From: Eledone cirrhosa
Lineage: Eukaryota
Assembly (NCBI GenBank): GCA_964016885.1
Contig: OZ024743.1
Span: 203,794,001-203,858,000, forward strand
DNA: 64,000 bases
Direction of reading: 5' to 3'
Shown here piece by piece: positions 42,281-59,430 of this stretch. The notes below the pieces were generated by a model that did not search any database, had not been told where the DNA came from, and was given only the letters and a program-made list of their open reading frames with translations. Position 1 is the stretch's first letter. Each line of letters begins with the position of its first letter. Position numbers and translations under genes: made by a program.

Positions 42281-44478
42281 CTTTCCTCAAAGACTATTAT
42301 AATCTCACTATTACATTTGAAAACACCAGTAAAATAGTCAATTTCCTAGATATAAGTTTGGACGTATCTACGGGTATCTACCAACCTTACCATAAACCTA
42401 ACCAAAACTTGCATTACATACACTCACAATCCAATCACGCTAGATCTATCCTTAAAAACCTAGCATATAACATCTCACTCAGGATCTTTAACCTTTCATC
42501 AAATCAGGATGTATTCGATAAAAACGCGCCCTTTTATAACGAAGCTTTAGCTAGAAGCGGCCACAAAAACAAATTAGTATACATACCTTGCACCAATAAT
42601 ATTTCAAATATTACAACCTAATATTACCAACAAACACCAAATAAAAAACCCACACCTAAATGCCACTCATATTACACCTAAAAACACCAACCTAAAACTT
42701 AATTTCTCTACCTCTTCTCACATAAAATATAATGACTTTCAAAAAACCATTTATCCTAATACTCCAACATATGTTAACAACATTAGTAGCAAAATTCCTA
42801 ATAATCAGACTAAAACACCAAAATCAGTTAATCTAACTAAACCTATATATAATAAAATCACTAATAGTAACTCTCTTAGTAAACCTCCTGATACATCGTA
42901 TAAATATAAGAAACAATATCGAAACCGTAATAGACGGGCTACTTGGTATAATGCTCCATTTAATCTACAAATTAAAGACCATATCCCTAAAAAATGATTT
43001 GCTATCCTAGAGAAAAACTTCCCATCAAACCATAAATACCATCAAATTTTAAATAGATCTACAGTCAAATTTTCCTACTACCAAAAATATACAACAGAAT
43101 ATAAGTGCGTACAACGCATATAAGTGTAAAAAAAAACATAAATATACCACCAACACATCAAACCAACCATAATAATACTAAAATAAACCATAGCAAACCA
43201 TCATCTCCTTCATCTATAACAAGTCCTGTAAATTCCACAAATTTGACTAACTCCCCTGATATAATATTCACGAATGCTTGTAACTGTAGAATCAAAAGAA
43301 ATTTCCCATTAAAGGGAAATTGTCTTATTAATAACATAGTCTATAAATGTAAAATTAGCACTAAGGACTCCACTTATTCATATATAGGAGCTACGTCTAA
43401 CCAATTTAAAGTAAGATTTAATACCCACAAACATAGTTTTTAAAATGCCGCATTAGCTAATACAACATCCTTGGCTCAAACAATTAATAATTATAGAAAG
43501 AAGAACATCGATTACAACCTGACCTGGAGCGTGCTCAAAAGGGCCACCCCTTATCAAAATAGCAGATACGAGTGTAGGTTATGCTCCCAAGAACTTTATG
43601 AAATCATGAAATCTAAGGATATCCTATTAAATAAGCGATAGGAATTAATTATATCTTGCAATCATAGAATTAGAAGAACCTTCAAATATTATAAACCTAA
43701 TTAATATACACCTTACTCTTATATTTTACAAGTTATTATAATTGTTTTTTTTTTATTTAGTTAACCTATAATTAGTATTTTACTACAGAGAACTTCATAT
43801 TTTTATTTCCCTCTTACAGCTCTCTTTTCCTAAAATTTTATTTTCCTTCCTTTTTAACAACACTCTTTAATAACATCAAGTTTTATTTATCACATTCATA
43901 TGAATTATTATAACTTTATCCCTGTAAGTATACCTATCAATTAATTTAAGTTCTTGTTATATATCTAGATTCCTTGCGGTTTAAATAAGATAGGTGTTTC
44001 TTACTAATAGGTTTCTCACCTAAAATTTTATTTTCCTTCGTTTTTAACAATATTGTTTAATAACATCAAATGTTCGAGTACCATTCACTATCTTCTTGAC
44101 TTGACCTCATTTCATCTCCATAGTATTCTTTTCATTCAAAGCATAAGTCTGCACTCCTATACCCCTGGATTTCATTTCTACTACTGTCATTCTATCAACT
44201 TGACCTCTAACTCCTTTTCTATTGGTCAATTCAAAATCTGTTCCCAAACAGACCCTTTATATTAATTCTTTGTTTTTTTCAATAAACACATCTCATCATT
44301 TCTGAGGACGGCATGTATATGTGAAGGTATGTATATTTCCTCTGATAATTTGTAATATTTTTACATTGATCTATATGATATACATACCAACACACATACA
44401 TCCCAGAAACGATCGTAAAATGAATAATTTTTTAATATAAGGAACTTGTTCTTTGTGTTTATTTCATTGTTTTTATTA

Positions 44479-44485
<7 letters not shown>
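42280..44485 (+). mobile_element. Degraded Penelope-like element (RT thumb, GIY-YIG, 3'UTR)
   Basis: VNFLD..YHKPN..YIH..SNH and CNC..PLKGNCL..IVY..YIGAT..FK.RF..H. Confidence 0.88.
44297..44422 (+). ncRNA. Canonical-core hammerhead with a long stem II
   Basis: cattt CTGAGGA cgg-catgtatatgtg..cacacatacat-ccca GAAA cgatcg TA aaatg. Confidence 0.72.
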
Positions 44486-47415
<2,930 letters not shown>

Positions 47416-48050
47416 TATATATATATATATATATATACACACACATATATGTATATATATATATATATATAGTGTCTGTGTGTGTGTGTATATATATATG
47501 TGTGTGTGCGCGCGCACGTGTAAAGAGATTAACACCGATAAGCGATTTCTCGTATATAGGGGGTGCGGTTGGGGGTGGGGGTGGGGGTGTCAGCCTTCTT
47601 ATTGAGGTAGGAACATTGTCAGATTCATTGATTTTGTAACCAGTTCTATTGCTAGTTAACTGTTATTTTTACAATCTCTTAGGAGTCCTCTGCCTCACGC
47701 CAATCGTTTCTTAAACTGATAAACATTAACATCAAATGCAACACAAACTACATTTATGGCACGCAACCATAATAACATGGTTCAGGGGAGACAACTAAGA
47801 GACGATAACATGCATAACGAGGGTTATGTAACTTCAATTTCTAAGAATAATTTCTAATCTACGCAGAAAGCCAGCAATTTGTGGAAAGAGATAAGTCGAT
47901 TATATCGGCCTCAGTATTTGATTGGTATTTCATTTTATTGACCCTAGTAAGGATAAAAGGTAAAATGGGCCATCGTTCCCATGCCTGCTTGTCTTCCTTT
48001 CTCGCCCTCTCTATATATACTTCTCTCATTTCTCATCATATACTTTAGAC

Positions 48051-49724
48051 CTGGGGCGTGCAACAGGAGGCCTGCGGGCCACAATCCGGCATGCCAGACC
48101 AGTCAGGGTGGCCTGTAATGACCGTTTTTAATTTTTACCTTGTAGGCTTATTTAGAATTTATTTCGTAACTGTAATACAAATTTCTGTTAGGACTTCACT
48201 GATATGGTTATGTGTGTTATAATTTCCCAGTTCCATGTTTGGAATAGTGCTTAATAAATATAAATGAAATTATATTATTTAAAGAAGCAAACATCTTTAC
48301 CTGCATAAAATATTTAAAATATTGGGTTGAATGAATTATAAGAGCTTATATAAACGGGCCTAAAAAAATAAACAGACCTAAAAAAAATAAGCAGGCCTAA
48401 AAAATAAAAGTATGAATTAAAAACTATTGATAAATTTGCATCCATGGCCTATGTTAAAGGGGGTATAACTTTTATTTATATAGCAGTCTTTTGCATAGGG
48501 CGGTGAATTGGCAGTATCGGTAGAGGGTTGGACGCCATGCTTTCTAGCATAGTTACGTCCCTTTACAGTCTGAGTTCAAATCCCGCCGAGGTTAACTTTG
48601 CCTTTCATCCTTACGGGGTCGATAAAATAAAGTACCAGTAATGTACTGGTTAATTGCTGGCCTTGTGCCTAAAGTAGAAACAATTATTTATAGTAAAGGA
48701 GATAAACTACCATTAATACACGCATTACTTTTTTATTCTTAACATTAAGGAATATTTTTTTTACTCAACGACACTAAACTGTAGTGATATTTTATTCAAA
48801 TTACAAATACAAAAAATATATAATAATATTATAAATAAAAAGAAATAGAAATATAATAATACAATGCTTACAGGATGAAAGCACAAACAAATATAATATA
48901 AAAGAAGGGGTGGACAACCGAGCCACTACCAGAGCAAAAGATAGCAGTATCGTGAGGAGCACATGTTTGAACGCATTTGTTCGTTTGATAAGAAACTGCA
49001 ACTTTTTCAGACTCAGCTGAGTAGAACAGCACTTATTCATTTTCTCAGTCTAGCTGTCAGAAAAGCAGAAATGCCAGATTTGGATTGTTCCAAATATGCT
49101 GAATGTGTTGGCAAGTTGCATGCTAAATTTATAAGCAGAATTGCTGATTTCAGGAAATGTGAAACTGAGTTCAAACTGTTTTGTCAGCCATTTGACATGG
49201 CACCTGAAGAGACAGTCCTAATTGTTTCCAAATGAAGCTGATATATTTGCAGTCTGATATGCACTTGAGAAGAGCATTTGATAACAATGATTTGGTAACT
49301 TTCTACAAAAATTATGTATGTGGTAATCATCCAAATTTGGAGCAACATGCTAGGAAAATGACAAATTTTTTTTGGCAGCACATATTGTTGTGAGCAGTTC
49401 TTTTCAAGAATGAAATTTACTAGGAATAGATACCGAACTCAGCTCACTATTGAATATCTGACCAGTCAGCTTCGAGTTGCCACCACATCACATCAGTCAA
49501 ACCAGACATTGATAAATTGTGGAAAAACACCAAATACCAAGTCTTACATTGATAAAACTAAATTATATTTTATTTGTCTTTATTGTTTAAAAATGTATTC
49601 ACAATGTATTTATGACTCAATTCACTGGTTTTCATTAGATTACATATTTCTGACAGAGACTGGTCCTAATAGTTGTTCCAATGATCAAAAGTGGCCTGCT
49701 AATGGAATATGTTGCACACCTCCG
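48051..49724 (+). mobile_element. Internally deleted hAT (Charlie/SPIN-like) DNA transposon with a nested SINE
   Basis: 15-bp imperfect TIRs ctggggcgtgcaaca / tgttgcacacctccg and an 8-bp TSD ctttagac/ctttatac. Transposase C-terminal remnant FGSTYCCEQFFSRMK..R..LT..L...LRVAT (48960-49500). Confidence 0.85.
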
Positions 49725-50605
49725 CTTTATACTCTCTTTTTTTTATATATATATGTATATATCATAGGTACGTGTACAATCCAATCCAAGAAAAGAGTGT
49801 AGAGATTAGTTTGTGAAAATGAAATTACAGGAGCAAGGAGGGCAATGTACTCCATGTGTAAAGCATCCAAGATAAGTGTTCAGAGAAGGCAAAATAAACT
49901 ATAAGCCAAACATTAAATATAAAGGCAAAGCGTAAATATCGACATTATAATTAGAGAAATTCCACCAAAATTCATGAAGAAGTGTTTATTAATTTACAAT
50001 TGTTTCGAAGGGGAAGGTCAAAATCCAATCTATCAATATTTCAATCGATCAATATTTCAATTACGTGTTATTAAAAGCTAGTACGACCAGATCCTTGTCT
50101 TCAGAATATACATCAAGTGTGAAAAACATACCAGTAATTTTACCAAAAGGAAACCATAGTGGGAATCAGCCAGAAAGGTCCCAACATATTTTCTGTTCAC
50201 AAATTTGGGATCAGTATTTCAGTAGCCATTATTATAGAACATTAACGTGACTGAGCATTACGCAAACTTGTGTACCTTTAAGGCAGTTCTCAAGGGGATT
50301 CAGCATGAAACAGAATGTGATAATATCAATAACAAAAACAAAATTTAATCATAATGGGTTTATTTTATTTACTAAAAATAGGATGCCATTACAAGCGGAT
50401 TTTAAAATGAATAAAAAAAGAATGTAATGAAAATAAAAATATAAAACTTAAAATGTAAGCATATTATATTGATTACTAACATTGGCACAGAGCCTTAAAT
50501 TGGGGAAGAGAACAATTGATTATATTGATAACGATTATAGTGATTCTATTGATATCAGCTTATATAATATAAAATATTGAAATATCAGTATAAATTAATG
50601 TTTTT

Positions 50606-50801
50606 TTAAGCAATAGTAAAAAGAATACTTAGTATGGATAACGCAATGAAGTAAACATTTATGGCTGGTTTTATACCATCTGAAGTGATATCTTTACACT
50701 TCTGAGACATGAGATCATGGAAATATTCTTTGAGTACTTTAGTAAACTCCTTTTTGCAATTAAGCTTAACAACGATTTCATCCATTGTTGATTTCAATAT
50801 T
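50606..50801 (-). CDS. Gene B terminal coding exon (ILKSTMDE..LNC..KC..SDGIKPAINVYFIALSILSILFTIA*)
   Basis: Acceptor ttatttttacag, phase-2 join CC|A. Paralogous to gene A exon 5 but without the stalk duplication. Confidence 0.88.
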
Positions 50802-51184
50802 CTGTAAAAATAAAAGTAACATATTGAAGATTTTCTTAACTTATGTAGATATTTAAATGAGAAAGTGAAACCTAAAGAATGGTATATTTAGCTAGTCTAT
50901 GTTTAAAAAAGTGTGTGCATATGAGTGTATATGCTTGTTATGTGAAGATGCATGCATAACTTAGGGATTAGGGCATTTGTACCATGATTGTAAGATTGTA
51001 TGTTTATTTACCAAGAGCACACTGTTCCTTTGAGCATTCTCTGTGCTGCATTCCACATAACTGGCAAAACAATTCTTAATTTATAAAGAATTTTCGAAAC
51101 AGGTAATGACATCTAAAGAATGATTCCCTCAAATAATTTAATACAACTTGATGAAAAAAGTATTGAATATTTAATGTTTAAATA

Positions 51185-51582
51185 TTATATTTACACCAGA
51201 CAATCCAGCGAAGGCTGGCAAGAAATGTAGCAAGCATGCTCCAATGGATGTGCAATATCAATGTGCATGTACAGCCAAGCATGGACGAGGTGAGAGTGAA
51301 ACTGTGTGTAAGAGGGATAAAATGAAGTGTGCGCGAGAGAAGACAGAGTTGGTATGACCATGGGATGTGCATGGAAGATTACTGCAAAGAAATCCCGGGG
51401 AAAGGAAAACGCAGAAGAAGACCATGAAAAACATGGGCGGCGGTTGTGAGAGCTGACCTCAGATTGCTGAATCTCACAGAGAAGATGGCAAAGGACCGTG
51501 ACGAATGGAGAGATGCTGTGCTGAAGAGGACATGACCCACTCTTGTAAGCAGGGAAAAGCGGACGTAAAATGATGATGATTA
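51185..51582 (+). mobile_element. RTE LINE 3'-end fragment with (ATG)n tail
   Basis: ASMLQWMCNI and W..VVRADL remnants; cgtaaaatgatgatgat tail. Confidence 0.7.
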
Positions 51583-51845
51583 TAATGAACCCACTGCTAC
51601 AACTGGTACACACATCTATCTACAACCAGATGTATATATATCACTGTGAATTTCATGTGAAACATTTGAAGAGGAGGGTGTACATATTATTGTATATTGC
51701 TGTTATATATTATATCAATTAGAGAGATGAGAGTCAACCCTGTTGATATCCAAATGCAGAATATTCTGGTTTGTGCCTAATTACTGTAAAATTCTACAGC
51801 ATATCTGAATCAAGAATTATTTAGAAATAACTTTTCTCTACATAC

Positions 51846-51993
51846 GGACAATATTTTTCGTAGTATTGCGGTTTTGAGATCTCTTTCATTTGCACTTGCT
51901 TCATTAAGGGCATTGATTTGTTGCTATATACCATCATTATAGGTTCAATATTCTTTGCGTTGTTTATTAAACAAGGTGTTCCTTGAATTATAA
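51846..51993 (-). CDS. Gene B coding exon 4 (IIQGTPCL...YEKYCP)
   Basis: Acceptor tttctatttcag, donor gtatgt, 148 nt, open frame. Confidence 0.88.
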
Positions 51994-54780
51994 CTGAAAT
52001 AGAAATAAGAAAAATGTGATCAACATTAATATTTTACAACAGTTTCGTGAAATCGTGTGTGTGTGTCATTTTGAGGGTTCATATGCATACCTGTCAACTC
52101 TCCCAGTCCGATGGGGACATCACCCATCCACTTTAGGGTAGGTGAGAGATCTCTTCTCTTGTGAAAATGGGTATAGCTTTCATTATGTAATGGGGGCATT
52201 TTTGTTCATGGTACTCCCCGTTTGGATTTTTAGAAGTTGACAGATATGAGTGGGCAATGATGCTTTGCAAATATAGCTCAAGTTTTTCAATTTCAAGGGG
52301 TCAGCAATTGTTGTTATAAAAGTAGAAGAGGCAGAGATGATGCAGAATAGTATTTGTAGATTCAGCATCTGCCAGTCAGTCGGAGAAGAATCTGTAAGTT
52401 TTTTTTATTAATAAGTAAAGTGCATTCTTGTTTTGTTTTGGTATAAAGAGTGAATAGGTATTAAATATATTGAGACTAGTGCCACATTTCCAGTGGATGA
52501 CATTTTCAAATAGTGCTTGTTTAATTAAAATCCTTGTGTATTATCATTTATATGGATAGGGTTAACATGAATTAAATGTTTTGTGTATAGAAAGACTGGT
52601 CAGATATATATAACTGAATTGTATGACAAACCAGAGTTAATAAAATATGGCTCAGATAGATTAGAGCCATCTGGTAAGAAATTTCCAATACATATGTGAC
52701 ATGAAGAACGCAAAAAGACAGACATGAATACAGGTATACACAGAGTCACATATCGCTTTACTTTACTGCACCTTTGATTGAAGGCATGTGTATTTAATAC
52801 ATTTTATGCAGTTATTTTTTCTTCACCAACAGCTCATGTATTCTTGCTGGAATTTTAATCTTAAAACTTGACCATTATACTTACTAGCAGAAAAACGACC
52901 CTTCAGGTGGTTTTCTGCTAGCATGTGTAGTATGCATATGCGAATATACATGCATGTAGATATGATACATCAAATAAAACAGAAATTGAATAGAGACTGT
53001 GTTACACTCTCTTCTGTAATCAGTAAAGTAATCCATGATACATTTAAAAAAGACGATATTATATATAAATTGCATTACAGTGAAATTTTATGAAAACAAA
53101 AAGGATAAAATTAGTGACAGAAATATAAAACTTATATAACAATGCAAATATATGAACGTTTACATAAGCGATCTAATAAGTGTTATGACATAACAGATGC
53201 TAAGCAGAAGTGTAGACATTTGAAAATTTTAAAAGAAGTGAATCTTAGAATAAGCAATCATTATATATAAGAAAATTTATGTTTAATTAACAGCTACGAA
53301 ATTTAGTACAAAAATTATGTAATATTCATTCATTATTTATTCAAAGTAATCTGAGATCAATTCCCGCTGAGGTTAACTTTGCCTTTCATCCTTACGGGGT
53401 CGATAAAATAAAGTACCAGTAATGTACTGGGATAATTGCTGGCCTTGTGCCAAAAAGTAGAAACAATTATTTAATCAAATTAATCTAAGTTATTTTACTA
53501 ACAGGATAAAAACATATATTCATGATGCAGTCCCGCACTCCTCCTTTTATTATATTATGATACTTCATAAGTCACGTGTTTATGATGTGCATATGCCATT
53601 TATATGGTAGTGATTTTGATATAAGTAACCGTTCCATGATTAAATGACTATTTAACCATTAAATGTGAAATTTACATGAAAGTCTCAAATACTTGAATTG
53701 TGGAGTAAAGAAATATTAATTGAAATTCAAATTGAAAGAAAGCATTCATGAAATTTAATCAGTAATGAATTTAAAGTTCGAAATAAATTAACATTCAGGT
53801 ACATCAGCTAAATAAAAGACATGCGATTGTTTTATCTTATATACAACTTCTTTTATATTGTAATTTGGATTATTATATTTAGAAATTTATGATTATATAT
53901 GTAAAACATTTAGTGTATTTTTGACCATTTTTATTTTTTTCCCTCTCTCCGAGTGTGAAAACTGACACTTAATTATCTCACATAATATCGAATCTATGAG
54001 ATTTTGAAATTATTTATTTTGAAAACAATATAAATATTAGCAACTGGTTACACCCAGTTACAGCCAGTTTGAACAGTAAGAAGTGAGAGAATTCTGGTTG
54101 AATACAGCTATTTTGAATGCTAAATAATTGTTTCTACTTTTGGCACAAGGCCAGCAATTATCCCAGTACATTACTGGTACTTTATTTTATCGACCCCGTA
54201 AGGATGAAAGGCAAAGTAAACCTCGGCGGGATTTGAACTCAGATCGTAAAGGGACGTAACTATGCTGGAAAGCATGGCGTCCGACCTTCTACCGATACTG
54301 CCAATCCAATGAAGTTGTATACAATTTGTATACATGTTTAACCTGTTTTTATAGTTTCCATGTAAATCTCAATCTTCATGTTGCAACTTGTGTTTATAAT
54401 GAATCCTTCATTGAAAGCCAGAGTGGCAAATAAATTAAATCATCTATCTATTTATATACTACTAAAACTCTGTGATTGTTTGCTTGCTTGTCTGTAATGT
54501 AATACAGCAAAAAAGGGTGCATAATGAGAAAATACTTTGAAAGGAAGTTGACCCTCAAATGGGAATACAAATGAAATAAATCAAATTTCGCGTAAATCGG
54601 AGGACAAGTTCCTAAGATATGGGGTTTTTCCGGGTACCTTCATAAACAGAGAGAGAGAGAAAGAGATAGTAGTTATGTGAGAGTAAATTGAAAGAGAGAC
54701 ATAGCAAGAGGGAGAGGAGAAGGAGAATGGAAGAGAAAGAGAGAGCTGTAGTGTTGTTTTGTATATATATATATCTATAT

Positions 54781-57537
54781 ATCATCATCATCATCATCAT
54801 CGTTTAACGTCCATGTTCCACGCTTGCATGGGTTTGGACGGGGGTTTTCCCACTTGAGGCAAGAGTAGTTGTCTTGCTCGCATAGGACTGTCTGGCGGGT
54901 TTTCTACAGCTGGATGCCCTTCCTAACACCAACCACATTTACAGTGTGGGGCTGGGAGGTTTTTACCGTGTTGCCTACACGGCCACATTACAGCGTGGAC
55001 TGTCTGGCGGGTTTTCACGTATATTACTATTACACATCCAGCGGAGCATGCAAGCTTCGTTCCTCTCTAGTCTGTGTATATCCTCTGCACACAATGCCCA
55101 GGTCTCACTGCCATGCAACATTGCTGTTCGTATGCAGGCATCAAACAACCTGCCTTTCATTTTTAGGGAGAACCCTTTAGCGGCTAATAGTGGTATAAGC
55201 TCTCTGAACTTTTTCCATCCGGTTCTGACTTTAGCTACTGTACTTTCAGAGCACCCTCCCCCACTGCTGATTTTGTCACCCAGGTAACGGAAGCTGTCCA
55301 CTATTTCTATAGAACCCTCTGTGCAATTGAAAGAGCTAGTATTTGTGGGCACTTGCTGCTACTTATTGCACCAGAGCACTGGCCACATGTAAAATCTGTG
55401 TTCTTAGTTAGCTTACCTGTGATCCCACTACATCTTTTATGCACCCATACTTTGCATTTGGGACATAAAATGGAGTTTCTACCTACGCCTTTCCTACACA
55501 CTGAGCATGGCCATTTCCCGGAAGGGACAGGCGCCTTATTTTCTTTCCTACAAACTAGAACTTTAGTCTTAGCCAGGTTAATTTTAAGGCCTTTTGATTC
55601 TAGGCCGTGCTTCCATGTTTGGAATTTCTTCTCTAGCTCGGCCATTGATTCAGCTATGAGCGTTAGATCATCTGCGTATAGGAGTTCCCATGGGCAGCCG
55701 GTCTTGAACTGCTCTGTTATAGCCTGAAGGGCAATAATAAATAGTAGGGGGCTAAGAACAGAGCATTGATGGACACCAACTTTTACGCTAAACTCTTCAC
55801 TATATTCGTTGTTAATTCTAACCTTGCTGACTGTTTCTTTATACATGGCTTGTATAGCTCTCACAAGCCATTCGTCAACACCTAGTTTTCTAAGAGCCCA
55901 CCAGATAATGGAACGGGGGACTCTGTCGAAGGCTTTCTCCAAGTCGACAAAAGCTAAGTATAGGGGTTTACTTTTAGCTAGGTACTTCTCCTGTAGTTGT
56001 CGTACAATGAAAAGAGCGTCTGTGGTACTTTTGTCTGACACAAACCCGAACTGCATTCCATCTAGATCAATTCTCTCTCTGATTAGTTACGCTATTACTT
56101 TTTCCGTGACCTTCATGACCTGGTCGATTAATTTAATGCCTCTATAGTTACTCCTATCTAGGGCGTCTCCTTTACCCTTGTAACAGTTAACGATGATGCA
56201 GCTACGCCAGTCCTTCGGAACAACCCCATTCTGTATGACTTGGTTTACTATCCGGGTGACCATGGTGTGTCCCACCGTACCGGAGGCTTTCAGCATCTCA
56301 GCAACTATTTCCGAAGGCCCAGCCGCCTTACCCGTCTTCATATCTTTGATTGTCTTACTTATTATACTACCTTCGACTAACACTGCTGGTCCCTCTATTG
56401 GGTCGATGTGGGGGAGACTGTCTTTCTCCCATTTATTCTCCTCATTTAGTAGCCTTTCGTAGTGACACTTCCAAGCTACCTTCTTATCAGCGTCAGTGAT
56501 GGCTAGTACGCCATCATCGTTAAGTACACACTTCTTCCCGACAATATCACGGTTTTCCTTGACACATTGCCTAGCAATCCTGAACACCTCACGTTTTTGG
56601 TCCTCACGTTGTAGAACATGCTTGAACTTTCTTTCCTCTGCTTCCCTTCTTGCGAAGTACACTTGACTCCTAGCTTCCCTCCTGGCCACTTGATAGTCTT
56701 CTCTACTTCCCCCATCCCGCCATGCTTTCCAAGCCTGCTTTTTGGCCTTGATTGACACCTCCACCTTACTGTTCCACCACCATGTTACTCTCCTCCTGCC
56801 TACAGGCCTGCTCCAGCCACAGACTTCGTCTGCCGCCATCAGCAGGTTTGCTTTCAGGAATTCCCACTGTTCCTCTACCTTGTACGACTCTAATTGCTCT
56901 TCCTTACTGTCGAAAGCATCAAGTAATATGCTTTGAAATTTATTTCTGGCTGTGGGATCCTTTAGCTTCCATATTTTTCTCCTGAGGATAGTCCTCTTCT
57001 GCTGTCTAGTACGTCTCGTCCTGACTATTAGGTCGCTAATTATCAGTCTATGTTGGGAGGTGCATTCTTCATGGGGGAGGGATTTAGTGTTTACAACAGA
57101 CACTCTGTCACGTCTTCTGGTAAGGATATAATCTACCTGGCTGGTATGTTCTCCTGATCTGTAGGTGATCAAGTGATTGTCTCGTTTTTTTAAGTTAGTG
57201 TTACAGATAGTTAGGTTGTTTGCATCACAGAATTCCAGGATTCTGGAGCCTTCCTCGTTTCTAGTACCAAACCCATAGCCTCCGTGGATTCCGTCATAGC
57301 CGTCACAATGTTGTCCAACGTGACCATTTAGGTCGCCAGCAATAATTATATAGTCACTGTCGGTTATTTGGGAGGTAGTGAGCATCAGTGTCTCATAGAA
57401 TCTGTCTTTTATAGCGCCAGGCAGTCCGGATTGGGGCGCGTATGCAGATATTACTGTCACAGTAGTTCTGTTTAGAACAAGTCTTATTTTAATTATTCTG
57501 TCATTCACTCCATTTACATCTATTATCTTATCCACCC

Positions 57538-57539
<2 letters not shown>
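54781..57539 (-). mobile_element. 5'-truncated RTE-clade LINE (APE + RT with inserted PHD-like finger), with premature stop and frameshift
   Basis: SAYAPQ, GDLNGHVG, QVDYIL, SQHRL, NYRGIKL, QFGF, DLEKAFD, LYADD and FRYLG motifs. C-x2-C..C-x2-C..H-x2-C..C-x2-C finger. (GAT)n tail. Confidence 0.95.
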
Positions 57540-57593
<54 letters not shown>

Positions 57594-58134
57594 TAAGTTA
57601 AACAATTTTTCACTTCTTATTGTGTTTTTGTTTTGATATGCATTCTTTTTCCTGCTACTAATTTTGTCTTTTAAGTTGTGAATTAGACTGGTTATCTACG
57701 CACGTGGCTGACACATTTCAGCTCGCTACTATATTGGTATATAATGGATGATCGCATTTAATGTCCGTTAAAGGTTCTTGGCACTACCATTGTTACCATC
57801 GCTTTCCTCTAGCCATGGGGCTTGGAGACATGAACCGAATGCTACCATTCTATTTTATATCAATGTGAACTGCTATTTCTAATAGCCATCTTTTCACCCC
57901 TTGATAATTTGTGTGTGAGACACGTTGGCTGAGGGCTTCTGACAGGAACTAATAGATTGATTCTTTTTAGCTTCCCGTCCCCACGTAAAATTTGTAAATC
58001 AGTGGCTAGTTGAGAGATAGAGTCCTATCGGTTGAAAGTTAATCGCTTTACCATGTCGGTTGTCACAAACAGTCATGACCGGCACGGGCCGGTGTTTGGA
58101 TTATGTCGATTGATTGGTTATTGATTAGGCGATA

Positions 58135-58244
58135 CCCGCTGATGAAGCCGCATAAGCCAATTGTGCATTGTTGCATAATATATGCAGACAGATAGTGCAG
58201 TGCACCTTACTGCTGCATTAGTGCGGCAGAAACTCGAGTCCGGG
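58135..58244 (+). ncRNA. Canonical-core hammerhead with a large structured stem II loop
   Basis: cccg CTGATGA a-gccgca..tgcggc-a GAAA ctcgag TC cggg. Confidence 0.8.
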
Positions 58245-59287
58245 ATTTTTTTGGATACATATTCCTCAATTTATATTTGAGTATATATGGTAAATATGAG
58301 CTCAGAATGAAGAAACATGTAAGTAAATATTTTAATTATAAGTTTTGGAGAAATGATATATATACTAATTCAAGATGGACTACAAACAATACAAACATGA
58401 AGAACAGTAATGAGATATACCAACAAAGCAATGGCGGTATCAGGAAATCAATGAGATGAACTAATGATAAACTAATCAACTGATTAACAAGACAGAAACG
58501 TCTGGTGGAGAACTTGTAAATTAAATAAGGAAACTAGCAACAGAATTATACCAGAGTAGACAAAAAGACATTACTGAGAGTGAGAAAAAATTGTCAGAGC
58601 ACTATAATAAATTTAATGATATAAGGATATGATATATAGAAATAATGATAACATACAATGATATAACAACAACAACAATAATAATAATGGTTTCTCATTT
58701 AGGCACAAGGCCAATGTGTATACACACGCATTTTTATATATACATTCACACACGTATATATATGGGCCTTCCAGTTTCATTTCACATTATATAAATGTCT
58801 GTGTACATTTTAATTATTCAAAAATTAATTTTAAGTGAACATGATTTTTTTTAATAGAACGTTGTCCAACGGGTGTCAGCTGGTCTAGTTATTATTATTA
58901 TTATTTATTTACCAAAACAATCTGGCTTATTTATAGAAGCTCCACTGAAGATTTCTCTCCCCTATCTCACATCCATAATGAATCTAGGCCACGTAGAGAC
59001 TGGTGGAGTCTATGTACATTTCCTCTATTCATACCAGTAAGTTCAGTTAACTACGAAATAGCAAAGCACACAGTTATTCAGCATGTTCTACAATGTTAAG
59101 ACTACTCACAACAGTGATAATTTGCTGCCATACCATACTTACATACAGATAGCTTCAATGTACATTTGAAAGTGAAGTGTTTGGTCAGCGATTGTTTGAA
59201 AAAAACGTCTGTCACACTATCTATGGTAGATATGTGCTGATTAAAACAACAATAACAAGAGCATAAACAAGAAAAGTAAGGTCTTAC

Positions 59288-59430
59288 CATCCCTATTTTT
59301 ACACAATTTCTCTGTGGCAACCATTAAATTGAGATTGATTCCGTATAATTCCAGGAATTCCTTAATTTCATTGCACGCAGTAAAATCTTTTATGCAAGTA
59401 GTCAATGTTTTCTTTTGAATTCCATCCATA
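59288..59430 (-). CDS. Gene B coding exon 3 (MDGIQKKTLTTC...GINLN...KLCKNRD)
   Basis: Acceptor ctgtttctag, donor gtaaga, 143 nt, phases 2/1 as in gene A. Confidence 0.88.

Noticed and set aside
42990-43000. In-frame TGA in a Penelope ORF (possible selenocysteine)
   Set aside because: It is not at a Cys position, and the copy has other stops and frameshifts, so simple decay is more likely.
52884-53075. 63-aa minus-strand ORF inside gene B intron 3
   Set aside because: No compatible splice sites and no homology to gene A.
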